Source: a bacterium
GTDB taxonomy: Bacteria > UBA8248
Length of the DNA: 64,000 bases
Assembly (NCBI GenBank): GCA_965207065.1
Contig: OZ242260.1
Location: 544,001 to 608,000 of the forward strand
Reading direction: 5' to 3'
In this document: one piece after another, positions 29,115 to 39,560 of the stretch
How positions within the stretch are numbered: position 1 is the stretch's first letter
Layout: each line of letters opens with the position of its first letter
Program-made: the position numbers and the translations under genes
Notes under the pieces: generated by a model
Told to the model about the DNA's origin: nothing
Databases searched by the model: none
The model's input: the letters and a program-made list of their open reading frames with translations, nothing else

Positions 29115-32100
29115 TTATGCGGCGGGTGCGGTGTATTTCGTCTCGCTGAGGCCCACCATCCGCCTCAAGCTGCGGACAAAATTCTGGGCTGCGAGATAGA
29201 TGCACGGCACGAGGAAGAGCGTGAACAGGGTGGAGAGCGAGAGCCCGCTCAACACGACGAGTCCCAAGGGCTTGAGCATCTCCGAACCCTTCCCCCAGCC
29301 GCTTGCCAGAGGGGTGAGCGCGATGATGGTGGTCAGCGTGGTCATGAGAATCGGGCGCAGCCTCGTCGAGGCCCCTTCGATGATGGCTTCTCTTATCTCC
29401 ATCCCGCGTTCTCTCAAGCGTTCGACGTAGTCGATCATGACGATGGAGTTGTTCACCACGATGCCCACCAGCAGGATGACGCCGATGAGCACAGTCGACC
29501 CGAAGGGCGTGCCGGTGAGGTAGAGACCTACGAGCGCACCGGTGAGCGCGGGCGGCACGGCGAATATGATGACCAAGGGGTTCACGAGCGAGTCGTACTG
29601 GACGGCAAGCACCGTGTAGACCAGGAATATCGCGAGAAGGGCCAGGATGAAGAGTTCGCGGTTTGATTTCTTCAGGTTCTCCTCGTCCTCGCCGGGCAGG
29701 ATGAAGTAGCCCCTCGGTACGTTGATGTCTTTCAGGCGAGCGCGTACGTCTGCGCTCACGTCGCCCAGCGATCGGCCCTGGATGTCGCCCGTTATCTGAA
29801 GGTGGCGATTCTGATCCGTGCGGGTAATGACCGAACTGCCCTGTCCGTAGCGAATGTGCGCCACGTGGTTCAAGCGCGTGGCGCGCCCGTTCTGGTTCTG
29901 GGGAAACAGGGGCAGGTGCGCCAGATCCTGCTCGCTTTTTATCTCGGTGTCCGAGAACTTGACCCGCACCGGCACGCGCGTATCCACCCGGTTGATGAAG
30001 GTGGCGATGGAGCCATCGACCGCCGTGGCAACGGTGTCGCCCACGTCCTCAACCGAGAGGCCGAGTTCCGCCGCGCGCTCCCTGTTCACCTGAATGCGGA
30101 ATTCAGGCCGGGGCCTGTCCTCAGTCATCTGCACGTTGTGAAGCCCATCCACCCCCTGGAGCTTCTCTACGACTTCTTCGGCAATGCGGTTGATCGTGGG
30201 CAGATCCTCACCCCGGACGCCCAGGGAAAAACTTTTATTGTGGCGTGTATTGGAGGTGCGAAGGCCGCGCACCCGGCTCTTGAAGGCGTAAATACGCGCG
30301 TCTGGATACGTCATCCGCGTGAGCCGGGGCCTCAGCTTTCTGAGGTATTCGAAAACGCTCACGCCGTCTTTGAGCGTCACATCGATTCTGCCCCTAGTGG
30401 CGGAGGGCGAGAAATTCCGCCCGAAAAGACGCCCCCCTGCAGTGGCGAAAACTTTGTCCACGGCGGGATCGCGTACGAGCATGTCATGAATCTCGCGCGT
30501 TACCTGTTTGGTGTACTCGAGGGTGCCGCCAGGCGAGAAGCGGATGTCGACCGAGATTCGCCCATCGTCCACCTGAGGCAGGAGTTCATTGCCCAGTTTG
30601 CCGATGAGCATGTAGCTGCTCGCGCAGACGGCCAGGGCGAGGATGATGACCACCCAGCGGAGGGTGAGAACCGGCCTCAAGAGAGAACGATAGATCCGGT
30701 TGAGCAGATCGACGAACCAGATGAAAAGGCGGAAGAGCGGAAAACGGCTGAAGCCGCTGCTCATCGGGACCTGCAGGAGCCGGGCGGAGAGCATGGCCAC
30801 TACCGTGAGGCCGACCATGAGGCTGCAAATGAACGCCAGCGTGATGGTGAGTATCAACTCGCGGAACAGCAACGCCACGTAGCCCGATACCAGCAGAAAC
30901 GGCATCACGGCGGCCACGTTCGTGAACGTGGAAGCCAACATGGCGCTCTCCACTTCGGCGGAGCCACGCTCCGCCGACTCCACGGGGTCGCCCCCTTCCG
31001 CCTGGTGGCGCGAGATGTTCTCGAGCATGACGATGGCGTTGTCCACGAGCATTCCCACACCAAGCGCAACTCCACCCAAGCTGAATATGTTGAAGGTGAA
31101 GCCGAGCACCCACATGAGAAAAAACGTGAAGACCGAAGCGATCGGGATCGCCAGGCCGATGATCAGTGTGCGCCTGAGACTCCCCAGGAAGCAGAGCACC
31201 ACCAGTATCGCCAAAGTGCCGCCTACCAGGGCGGAGGAGAGGACATTCTTGATCGAGGCGCGGATGAAGAAACTCTGATCCGAAATCGGAACGAGGGTGA
31301 TGTCGGGCGGAACGATGCCGTAGCGCGTCAGGAAGGCGAGTCTATCGCTGAGACCGTCCACGACGGAGACCGTGTTCGCGTCGGGCTGCTTCAGGGCCAC
31401 CACCTTGACGCTCTCATCGCCGTTCAGCCACACGAATATGCGCCGCTCCTTGCCAGCGTCGTGAACCTTTGCGAAATCACGCAGATAGACCCGGCGGCCG
31501 TCCTTGGTGGGGAAGATGAGGCGCGAAAGCTCCCCCGCGCTCTTGAGCTTGCCCGCCGTCCGGCTCGAATACTCCCGGTGGGCGGTTTTCACCCGTCCGG
31601 CGGCCAGGTCCATATTCTCGGAGCGCATCCGCCTCAAGACCGCGGGCAGATCGAGACCCAGACCCTGCATCCTCGGCAGGTCGACGAGCACCTGCACCTC
31701 CTCGTCCTGACCCCCGAACGCCTCCACCGACGCGATGCCGGGAACGGTCATGAGCTGGGGGATGAGCACCTTTCGCGCCCAGGTCTGAAGCTGTGGACCT
31801 TTGAGGGTTTTGGAAGACAGCGCGTATTCGATGATGGGCACCTGCGCCGGGTCGGACTTGAAGATGCGCGTGTTCTGGAGCTGATCCTGTATCTCCTGCG
31901 GCAGGTTTCTCCTTGCGACGTTGAATTTGGTGATAGCGTCCTGGAGCGCGAGATCGATGTCGCGGTCGAAGTCGAAGAACATCCACAAGCGCGCGGCGCC
32001 CTCGCGGCTGATCGAGAAAATGCGCACCACCCCCTGCGTGGTCGCGAGTTCGCGCTCCACCACCTTGGTCACCTGCTCCTCGACCACCTTGGGGTCGGCC

Positions 32101-32255
32101 CCCTCGAAGTCTATCCCTATGAATATCCGCGGATAGACGATTCTGGGCAGGAAATCGACAGGCAGTCGCGTGAGCGCAAAAAAGCCGAGCACCAGCGCAC
32201 ACACCACACCCATGATGGTTCCCACGGGCCTTCGGATGCAGCTTCGGCTCAGCAC
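29115..32255 (-). CDS. RND efflux permease (AcrB/AcrD/AcrF family)
   Basis: 1046 aa; IRRPV, GMLVDNAIVMLENI, GIVVNNSIV, RLRPILMTT. Confidence 0.93.
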   Translation of the reverse strand: MLSRSCIRRPVGTIMGVVCALVLGFFALTRLPVDFLPRIVYPRIFIGIDFEGADPKVVEEQVTKVVERELATTQGVVRIFSISREGAARLWMFFDFDRDIDLALQDAITKFNVARRNLPQEIQDQLQNTRIFKSDPAQVPIIEYALSSKTLKGPQLQTWARKVLIPQLMTVPGIASVEAFGGQDEEVQVLVDLPRMQGLGLDLPAVLRRMRSENMDLAAGRVKTAHREYSSRTAGKLKSAGELSRLIFPTKDGRRVYLRDFAKVHDAGKERRIFVWLNGDESVKVVALKQPDANTVSVVDGLSDRLAFLTRYGIVPPDITLVPISDQSFFIRASIKNVLSSALVGGTLAILVVLCFLGSLRRTLIIGLAIPIASVFTFFLMWVLGFTFNIFSLGGVALGVGMLVDNAIVMLENISRHQAEGGDPVESAERGSAEVESAMLASTFTNVAAVMPFLLVSGYVALLFRELILTITLAFICSLMVGLTVVAMLSARLLQVPMSSGFSRFPLFRLFIWFVDLLNRIYRSLLRPVLTLRWVVIILALAVCASSYMLIGKLGNELLPQVDDGRISVDIRFSPGGTLEYTKQVTREIHDMLVRDPAVDKVFATAGGRLFGRNFSPSATRGRIDVTLKDGVSVFEYLRKLRPRLTRMTYPDARIYAFKSRVRGLRTSNTRHNKSFSLGVRGEDLPTINRIAEEVVEKLQGVDGLHNVQMTEDRPRPEFRIQVNRERAAELGLSVEDVGDTVATAVDGSIATFINRVDTRVPVRVKFSDTEIKSEQDLAHLPLFPQNQNGRATRLNHVAHIRYGQGSSVITRTDQNRHLQITGDIQGRSLGDVSADVRARLKDINVPRGYFILPGEDEENLKKSNRELFILALLAIFLVYTVLAVQYDSLVNPLVIIFAVPPALTGALVGLYLTGTPFGSTVLIGVILLVGIVVNNSIVMIDYVERLRERGMEIREAIIEGASTRLRPILMTTLTTIIALTPLASGWGKGSEMLKPLGLVVLSGLSLSTLFTLFLVPCIYLAAQNFVRSLRRMVGLSETKYTAPAA

Positions 32256-32273
32256 GGGGCCACTCCTGTAACC

Positions 32274-33749
32274 TTAAGGCCCAACGACCCGAATGGGCCG
32301 CCTGTCCCTTAGCTGGTTGATGGCGCTCACCACCACCCGCTCGCCCACTCGCAGACCCTCGAGAATCTCGATACGCCCGTCGATCATCTCGCCCAGGCGC
32401 ACCTCGCGGCGCACCGCCATGAAGCGTAGACCGCTCCTCCCTGCGCCGCGCCCGCTCGCCTCGGCCATACCTCTGCGCGCACCGCCTCTCATGCCGGGGC
32501 CGCCCTGCCCGCCCCCGCGCGCATCACCTCTTCTTGCGCGACCACCGCTCCCCGCTCCCCTCTGTAACCTTCTCACGACGAAGACCGCGCCCGACTTCGT
32601 GCGCAAATCCCCGTCCCAGATCACGGCGTGAACCGGCAGGTTGATCGAGCGCCTGCCCAACAGGGGGTCGAACTTCACGCGGGCGAGAAGACCGGGCCTC
32701 AGGGAAGAATCGGGATTTTGAACGTCCACCTCCACGATGAGCTGGCGCGAACTGGGGTCCACGCTCGGGAATATGCGCGTCAGCTTCCCCGAGAATGTGC
32801 GGCCCCGATAGGCGTCGAGTTCGACGCGCGCACCCTGGCCTATCTTGATGAGCGGGAGATCCAGTTCGCTCACCCGAACCCGTGCGCGCAGCGTGTCCGT
32901 CTGGGCGATGGTGAACAGATGCGCCCGGTTCACCGCCAGATCGCCTGGTTCGATTCTTCTCGCGGTGACGACGCCCGAAATCGGTGAGCGGACGTTGAAG
33001 TATTCCAGTTCCACCTTGAGCCGTCTCACGCGCTGCAGATGCTGGCTCACCTGCGCCTGCGCCATGGCAACCTCCTCGGCGCGCGCGCCTATCTTCACCA
33101 ACTTGAGCTTTTCTTGCGCGACCCTCACGCGAGCGGCGTCTTCGGCGAGGCGCGCGCGGCGCTCGGCCACGTCCGCGCGGGCGCGATTCGCCTCCGTCGT
33201 CACCTTGCGCCATTCCTGTGCGCTGATGACGCCTGTTTTGTGTAAAGCGCCAAGAGAGCGCGCGTTGGCCTCCGCTTCCTCCTGTCTGGCGAGGGCGGAG
33301 GTAATTTCCGCCTCGCTGCGCTTGCGTGTAGCCTCCGCCTGGGTGACGGCAGCGGCGGCGGCGGCGATTTCCTCCGGGCGGCTTCCGGATTTGAGTTTCG
33401 CAAGGTTTGCCCGCGCGGCGGCGAGTTCACTCTCCGCCAGCTTCAAGTCAATTCGTTTGATGGTGGAGTCAAGGCGCGAGAGGATTTGATCCTTTTTCAC
33501 GCGTGAACCCTCTCGGGCCAGGACTTCGCGCACCTGACCCTCGGCGCGGGACATGAGCCGCACCTCGCTCCGGGCCAGGAGCGTTCCCGTAGCCGCCACG
33601 CGCCTGCCCAGACGACCCACGGAAACCTTTTGCACCTGAACCGTGACGATGCGGTTTCTCCGCCCTCTGGGGCGGCCCGCGTAGGCGCAGGTGAACTCAC
33701 CCGCAGCTATGAACACCATGATGAGCACGGCGACTGTTCTTGCAGACAT
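32274..33749 (-). CDS. RND efflux periplasmic adaptor (MFP)
   Basis: ATGTL, GSRPEEI coiled coil, VRSPISG, LRPGL, GL..GERVV; Gly/Arg-rich insertion near the C-terminus. Start at 33749 inferred. Confidence 0.85.
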   Translation of the reverse strand: MSARTVAVLIMVFIAAGEFTCAYAGRPRGRRNRIVTVQVQKVSVGRLGRRVAATGTLLARSEVRLMSRAEGQVREVLAREGSRVKKDQILSRLDSTIKRIDLKLAESELAAARANLAKLKSGSRPEEIAAAAAAVTQAEATRKRSEAEITSALARQEEAEANARSLGALHKTGVISAQEWRKVTTEANRARADVAERRARLAEDAARVRVAQEKLKLVKIGARAEEVAMAQAQVSQHLQRVRRLKVELEYFNVRSPISGVVTARRIEPGDLAVNRAHLFTIAQTDTLRARVRVSELDLPLIKIGQGARVELDAYRGRTFSGKLTRIFPSVDPSSRQLIVEVDVQNPDSSLRPGLLARVKFDPLLGRRSINLPVHAVIWDGDLRTKSGAVFVVRRLQRGAGSGGRARRGDARGGGQGGPGMRGGARRGMAEASGRGAGRSGLRFMAVRREVRLGEMIDGRIEILEGLRVGERVVVSAINQLRDRRPIRVVGP

Positions 33750-33927
33750 CTTCTCGCGGCTCCCGAAAGAGAAACCCGGCGACGAACCATTCATGCGACG
33801 GATGTGAAAAAACGACGCAAACGATCTTATCACATACCACGGGTGTTCTCTTTTGGACGCAAACGGGTTCCTGGGTGGAGAGAGGTTTGGGTAACGGCGA
33901 GCTAAGATGTGTAAAAACCTTCGTTCC

Positions 33928-35124
33928 TCAAATAGACGACAGCCATTCATCTCCAGGCATGATTCGCCGCATGAATTCATCAAACATGGGCACGGTGAAA
34001 GCCGTGTCACCGTGACTTGGACTCCAAATCATGCCCTTGTTGATCAGTTGGCTGCGAACGGGAGCCAGAGAAGTAACCAGGCGGTTCAGTTTTTGGGCGA
34101 CCTCCCCCGAGCGATGAGGCCCCTCACCGAGTTGGGCCATTGCTCGCAGATACTTTTTTTCCGCGGGGGACAGTCTGTCGAACCTGACAAGGAAGAAACT
34201 CTGGTCCAGATTGGCGACGACCTGCCGGGTGGCGATTTCGACATCGGAAACCGTGATGGGAGAACGCTCGGCGACGTCCCATACGTGCTTGCCCCATTCC
34301 TGTAGAAAATAGGGATAACAACGGGTTTTGGAGACAATTTCATCTAGAGCGCGGGGTTCTATTTCCACGTTTTCGTCCCTAGCGGGCTTGGCGAGCGCGA
34401 GTCTGGCATCTTCAGGCAACAATGGACCAATATCAGAAAAATCGAAAAGCCGTTCGGCGTAGGATTTCGCTTTTCCCATGCGACCCCGTACCTGAGGCAG
34501 GCCCGCCCCTAACATGACCACGGGAAGGCGACGCTGGGATATCCGGTGCAACGCGATAATCAAGGCCTCCAGTTGCTCTTCCGGCACGTACTGGAGTTCA
34601 TCGAAGAAAAACGCCACGCAGGTCGCATCCGCCCGGGCGGCAGCGCCGATGGCCTCGAGCAATTCCTGCAAGTCGCTTTCAAGGTTTCCATTGTCCGCCA
34701 GACCGGGTTCGGGATCGGTTTCCAAACCGACTTCTATATCCCGATACTTCACTTTCAATGCCCTTACGAATCCCGCGAGCCCCCTCAAGGCCCTTTGCGC
34801 CAGTTCTTTCGCCGCACGCCTGCGTGAAAGCTTCAACAAAACCGTATGCAGTCGAGGCGCTAAAATGGAGGGTAGCGATTGGTTTTCGGACGCTTCTACC
34901 GACAGCGTATAGATGCCGCTTGCCTCTGCTTCTTCCCGGATGAGGTTCAATAGCACCGTTTTGCCGACCCCACGCAACCCAAGCATCATAGCGCTCTTGG
35001 TCGGGCGTCCTATTCTGGTCCGTTCCAATGCGATTCGCGTGGATTCGCGAACCTCGTCCCGACCAGCCAACTCGGGTGGCGGAGTGCCTGCTCCAGGAGC
35101 ATACGGGTTGCGTATCGGATCCAT
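33928..35124 (-). CDS. AAA-family ATP-binding protein with probable C-terminal winged helix
   Basis: NPYAPGAG.PP..LAGR, Walker A GLRGVGKT, Walker B FFFDELQ, YPYFLQ; C-terminal LSPAEKKYLRAMA..RSGEVA..R..LI.KG. Confidence 0.85.
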   Translation of the reverse strand: MDPIRNPYAPGAGTPPPELAGRDEVRESTRIALERTRIGRPTKSAMMLGLRGVGKTVLLNLIREEAEASGIYTLSVEASENQSLPSILAPRLHTVLLKLSRRRAAKELAQRALRGLAGFVRALKVKYRDIEVGLETDPEPGLADNGNLESDLQELLEAIGAAARADATCVAFFFDELQYVPEEQLEALIIALHRISQRRLPVVMLGAGLPQVRGRMGKAKSYAERLFDFSDIGPLLPEDARLALAKPARDENVEIEPRALDEIVSKTRCYPYFLQEWGKHVWDVAERSPITVSDVEIATRQVVANLDQSFFLVRFDRLSPAEKKYLRAMAQLGEGPHRSGEVAQKLNRLVTSLAPVRSQLINKGMIWSPSHGDTAFTVPMFDEFMRRIMPGDEWLSSI

Positions 35125-35133
35125 AACAAGAGC

Positions 35134-35505
35134 AGTTTATATTAAAATTAGCTAATTTACAATTATTTCATAAGATAGCTAATTTCGCTATATATCAAGA
35201 AATTTGGACACCAAGATGGCTAATATTTCAAATCGATCGCCCGGTTCCAGCCCGGGCAGACAATTTGCGCTTCGGTTTCATCGAAAGAGTTTATAGCAAA
35301 CTTAGAGAGTTTATGATTATCTTATAAATTAGCTAATATCATTATAAATCATGGATCCTCGCCGCCGGGATATTCATTCCCTCAAAGATTGTTTTGCTAC
35401 GCTCCACTTCAGAAACATCTGAGTTGCACATCGGACCTGGAAAAGAAGTTTATATCTAAGTTAGAGAGTTTATGGTTTTCTTATAAGATAGCTAATTTCG
35501 CTATA
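35134..35505. repeat. Three imperfect 59-bp palindromic direct repeats (35134-35192, 35288-35346, 35447-35505)
   Basis: Consensus AGTTTATA-N6-TTAG-N4-TTTAY-N9-ATAAR-N4-CTAA-N6-TATA; periods 154 and 159 bp; last 23 nt identical in copies 1 and 3. Confidence 0.9.
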
Positions 35506-35584
35506 ATCGAGAAAATCTCTTCATTTAGAATGACTTGCCTAAGATACATACAACAGTCGATAACATTTCAGGGCCGGAGAGACC

Positions 35585-36454
35585 TCAGTCAAGCTTACCG
35601 AGCCACTCGGCGATTGCGCGGCCGATCTCATCCGGAGAATCCTCCTGGATGAAGTGGATCCCCGGTACGGTGACTTCGGTCTGGTTCGGCCAGGTGCGGC
35701 AGAATTCGCGCTGCTCGCCGACGAGGATGGCGCCCGGCTCGGCGTTAATGAGCAGCTTGGGAACGGGAGATTCACGAAGCCAGGCGGCGTAACTGCCGAC
35801 GATTTCGGTTACGTCCGCAGGCTCGCCCTCGATGGGAATCTCGCGCGGCCAGGTGAGTGTCGGGCGGCGGTATTCACCGGGTTCAGAGAAAGGACGCCGG
35901 TACTCGGCCATCTCCTCCTCGCTGAGCCCGCGCTTGATCGACCCGGGCAGCACGCGTTCGACGAACACGTTCTTCTCGAGAATCATGGACTCTCCATTTT
36001 CGGAACGGAATCCCTGAAAAACCCTCTGCGACGCTTCGGGCCATTGCGCCCAGGTGAGCGGCTGCACGATGGCCTCCATGTAGGCGAGGCCCTTCACGGC
36101 GTCGCGGTGCCGGTTGGCCCAGTCGAAGCCCAGGGCCGAGCCCCAGTCGTGCATGACGAGGGTGACGCGCTCGGCGACACCCAAAGCCTCCAGTAGCGCA
36201 TCGAGATAGCGGCGGTGATCCACAAAGCGGTAGCGGCCAGGGCCGCTGTCCTCCAGCTTGTCCGAATCGCCCATGCCGATCAGGTCCGGCGCGATGCAGC
36301 GGCCAAGTGGGGCGAGATGGGGGATAACACCACGCCACAGGAAGGAGGAGGTCGGGTTACCGTGCAGAAAAACGATAGGGTCGCCCTCGCCGGTCTCGAC
36401 GTAGGCCATGACGCGGCCGAGCACTTCCAGGCGCTTCTTCTCAGTCCAAGACAC
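35585..36454 (-). CDS. dhaA: Haloalkane dehalogenase (DhaA/LinB type)
   Basis: [26 protein letters not shown] nucleophile, [17 protein letters not shown]. Confidence 0.93.
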   Translation of the reverse strand: MSWTEKKRLEVLGRVMAYVETGEGDPIVFLHGNPTSSFLWRGVIPHLAPLGRCIAPDLIGMGDSDKLEDSGPGRYRFVDHRRYLDALLEALGVAERVTLVMHDWGSALGFDWANRHRDAVKGLAYMEAIVQPLTWAQWPEASQRVFQGFRSENGESMILEKNVFVERVLPGSIKRGLSEEEMAEYRRPFSEPGEYRRPTLTWPREIPIEGEPADVTEIVGSYAAWLRESPVPKLLINAEPGAILVGEQREFCRTWPNQTEVTVPGIHFIQEDSPDEIGRAIAEWLGKLD

Positions 36455-36566
36455 GGCAGGTCTCCTTACACTTACTCATTCAGATTCTCGCGATACGACT
36501 ATACTCGCGAAAAAGAAGCGTTCGTTCCATCTAAAAAGTGTTGAAATTATTTGATATACGGAGGTG

Positions 36567-37550
36567 CTAGCCGCCGATGGAGCTCATCGTGCGTTCGGGC
36601 TGGACGAACTCCTCCTGGCCGATGAGGTGGCCCGGCGTCTTGGTGAGCACTACCTCGGCGAGCCAGGCCTTTATCTCATCATCCGGCGCGCCTCCCCTGA
36701 GCATTTTCTTGACGTCGTGCTCGACGGTGGAGAACAGGCAGGTCCGCACCATGCCGTCCGCCGTCAGGCGTATGCGGTTGCAGTCCTGACAGAACGGCCG
36801 CGTGACCGAGGCGATGACGCCCACCTCGCCCTTGCCGTCCTTGTAGCGGTAGCGCGTCGCGGGGTCCGAGGGATGGCCGCTCACGAGTTCGAGTTCTCCC
36901 TCGACGGAGAGCCCTTCCAGTATCTCCTCCGCCGACAAGACCTTCTCATGCGCCCAGGTGCGGTCCGCATCGAGCGGCATGTATTCGATGAAGCGCACGA
37001 CGTGGCCCGTCTCGCGCGACCACCTGGCGAAGCGCGGCAATTCCTCCTCGCTCAACCCCTTGACCGCCACCGCGTTGATCTTGATGGGCGAGAATCCGGC
37101 CTCCGCTGCCGCCTCGATGCCCTCCATCACCTGTCCGAACACGTCGCGGCGCGTCATGAACAGGAATTTGCCCGCGTCCATGGAATCGAGGCTGATGTTC
37201 ACGCGCCTCAGGCCCGCAGCGTAGAGATCCTTCGCCATTTTAGGGAGAAAGACGCCGTTGGTCGTGAGGGCCAGGTCCATTTCGGGCTGTACTTCCACCA
37301 TCTGCTCGACCAGGCGGTGCAAGTCCTTTCGCAGCAGCGGCTCGCCGCCGGTCAGATGATAGCTCGTGAAGCCCAGCTCGGTGGTGATGCGCACGACACG
37401 GGTGATTTCCTCGTAGTTGAGAACCTCATCGTGCGGCAGCCACGTCATGCCCTCTTCGGGCATGCAGTAGAAACACCGGAAGTTGCACCTGTCCGTCACC
37501 GATATTCTCAGATCATCGTGCGCACGCCCGTAACGATCGAATAACGCCAT
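36567..37550 (-). CDS. moaA: GTP 3',8-cyclase
   Basis: LRISVTDRCNFRCFYCMP, FCQDCNRIR..CL, C-terminal IGG. Confidence 0.97.
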   Translation of the reverse strand: MALFDRYGRAHDDLRISVTDRCNFRCFYCMPEEGMTWLPHDEVLNYEEITRVVRITTELGFTSYHLTGGEPLLRKDLHRLVEQMVEVQPEMDLALTTNGVFLPKMAKDLYAAGLRRVNISLDSMDAGKFLFMTRRDVFGQVMEGIEAAAEAGFSPIKINAVAVKGLSEEELPRFARWSRETGHVVRFIEYMPLDADRTWAHEKVLSAEEILEGLSVEGELELVSGHPSDPATRYRYKDGKGEVGVIASVTRPFCQDCNRIRLTADGMVRTCLFSTVEHDVKKMLRGGAPDDEIKAWLAEVVLTKTPGHLIGQEEFVQPERTMSSIGG

Positions 37551-37554
37551 TTCC

Positions 37555-39516
37555 CTAACCTTCCCTTTGTGGTGCCGTCATGATCTGGCCCGTCAACTCC
37601 GTATTATACCCGCCCAGCGCCTCCACGGCATCCCGAAAAGCCGCATCGTTCAAAATATCCATCACCTTGCCTATCGCGGGCGTCTCCCAGTGTTCTCCTG
37701 GCACGATGAAATCGAACCTCTCGCGCTCCAGCGGGATGAAATCAAGACCCAGCATGTGAGCTGCCGCGTAAATTCCCAACCCGCAGTCCGCGCGTCCGGC
37801 CGCGACCGCCATGGCCACCGCCATGTGCGTGGTCTCCACCCGCTCATATCCTTGGACATCGCCGGGCGAGAGGCCCTCGCTCGCCATCAGGTGATCGAGC
37901 AGCACCCGCGTGCCCGCTCCACTCTGGCGGTTGACGATGGAGACATCTTCACGGCTCAGATCGGATACCCCCGCAATGCGCTTGGGATTCCCCTTTGGCG
38001 TCAGGATGCCCTGTTCGCGCTGAACGAAATTCACCACCACGACCTCTCGGCCTTTGAGATAGCGTTCGATGTAGTACCAGTTGTACTCCCCGGTCTCGGG
38101 ATCTAGCAGGTGGCTGCCCGCAATGTGCGCCTCCCCGTCGCGCACGGCGATGAGGCCCGCCAGCGAACCCACCGCCGAGGCGGAAAGTCGCGCGTCGTGG
38201 TGGCGCGCTCTCAACTCGTCCGCCAGCAGGTCGAGCGCGTTGTCGTGACTGCCCGCCATGAGCAGGTTGCCCCGGATATCGGCGAGGGGCCTCAAGAGCT
38301 CCACCGTGACCTCCTCGCCCGTCTCAATTCCCTCCGAATGGGGGGGTACGCGCACCACGCCGTCCGCCTCGACGAGCGAACTGATGACGCTGGCCCCGCG
38401 CTTGGCGGGAAGGCAGACCATCCGCTCACCCACCCGGCCAAGCTTTACGCGCAAGAACTCCTCCATCCCCAGCCGCGAGGCGCTCTTCCGGCTCATGAAG
38501 GCCCGGATGCGCTCCTCTTCGCCAGGGGCCGCGCCCGCCATGTGCGCCATGAGCGGCCGCACGAACTCCTGAAGCGCCAGCACCGCCGAGACTGGATAGC
38601 CCGGAATTCCGAGCACGGGCTTGCTCGCGCCCGATTCCGATGCGCAAACGCCCAGTATGGTGGGTTTGCCGGGGAAGATGGCCACGCCGTGTACGAGGAG
38701 TTCTCCGAGTTTTTCGACGACGGCGGCCGTGTGATCCTCCCGCCCTGCGGATGAACCCGCGTTCACCAGAACAACGTCCGCGCGCTCGAGCGCGTCTCGA
38801 ACCGCAGTCTCGATGGCCCCGAACCTGTCTTCCAATATCGGGCCGGGGAGCGCCTCTCCCCCCCACTCGGTGATGAAGGCGGACATGACGCTCGAGTTGA
38901 ACTCCACCAGATCACCGGGCTTCAATTCGGCGCCCGCTTCCACGAGCTCGTCTCCGGTGGGGATGATGGCGACACGCGGCCGCCGACGCACCCACACCCG
39001 GGTGATGCCCGCCGCGAGCAGCGCACCCAGATCGTAGGGCCTTAAAACGTGCCCTGCCGTCAGGATGAGCTGGCCCTCGACGACGTCCTCCCCGGCCACG
39101 CGCACGTTCTGCCATGGGGAGAGCGCCGCCTCGATGCGGATGGCGCCGGGGGTCGCCTCGTGCACGTGTTCGATCATGACGACACAATCCGTTCCCTCGG
39201 GCATGGGATCGCCCGTGTCAAGGGGGTGGGCCTCATCTCCGAGCAGATACTCCTTGGGACTCACGGGCGTGGCGCCCGATGTCCCCGCAGAGGCAAGGGC
39301 GTAGCCGTCCATGGCTGCGGCGTGAAAATGCGGGCTCGAAACCTGCGCGTAGGCCGCGCGCGACGTCACGCGCCCCAGGGCCTCGGGCGTCGGAATTTCT
39401 TCTTCCTCTAGGCGGAACTCGCCCACTTTTTCGAGGAGACGCGAAAGCGCCTCTTCGCGCGGGATGTTTTCCAAATAAATTTTCCGGCCCCCCTGGGCCA
39501 GAGGCAAATCGTTCAT
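37555..39516 (-). CDS. moeA: Molybdopterin molybdo/tungstotransferase MoeA fused to a PBP domain
   Basis: AAMDGYA, IPTGDELV, GSSAGREDHT, PGKP, GIPGYPVS; C-terminal GSHD..VNRQSGAGTR. Confidence 0.9.
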   Translation of the reverse strand: MNDLPLAQGGRKIYLENIPREEALSRLLEKVGEFRLEEEEIPTPEALGRVTSRAAYAQVSSPHFHAAAMDGYALASAGTSGATPVSPKEYLLGDEAHPLDTGDPMPEGTDCVVMIEHVHEATPGAIRIEAALSPWQNVRVAGEDVVEGQLILTAGHVLRPYDLGALLAAGITRVWVRRRPRVAIIPTGDELVEAGAELKPGDLVEFNSSVMSAFITEWGGEALPGPILEDRFGAIETAVRDALERADVVLVNAGSSAGREDHTAAVVEKLGELLVHGVAIFPGKPTILGVCASESGASKPVLGIPGYPVSAVLALQEFVRPLMAHMAGAAPGEEERIRAFMSRKSASRLGMEEFLRVKLGRVGERMVCLPAKRGASVISSLVEADGVVRVPPHSEGIETGEEVTVELLRPLADIRGNLLMAGSHDNALDLLADELRARHHDARLSASAVGSLAGLIAVRDGEAHIAGSHLLDPETGEYNWYYIERYLKGREVVVVNFVQREQGILTPKGNPKRIAGVSDLSREDVSIVNRQSGAGTRVLLDHLMASEGLSPGDVQGYERVETTHMAVAMAVAAGRADCGLGIYAAAHMLGLDFIPLERERFDFIVPGEHWETPAIGKVMDILNDAAFRDAVEALGGYNTELTGQIMTAPQREG

Positions 39517-39560
39517 TCGCTTACACCTGATTCGAAAGAAAAACCTGATCTAAGGCGCGC

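Noticed and set aside
29802-32312. 836-aa plus-strand ORF and similar long antisense ORFs (45883-47049, 46880-48052, 57263-58468)
   Set aside because: They mirror well-supported genes on the opposite strand, as expected in GC-rich DNA, and show no motifs.
35351-35422. Plus-strand ATGGATCCTCGCCGC (MDPRR...) after repeat 2 as an inverted ATPase relic
   Set aside because: Similarity ends after about five codons and could be chance.
35134-35505. CRISPR array interpretation of the three repeats
   Set aside because: Repeats are 59 bp and degenerate, spacers are 95-100 bp and contain relics of the adjacent gene start, and no cas genes are present.
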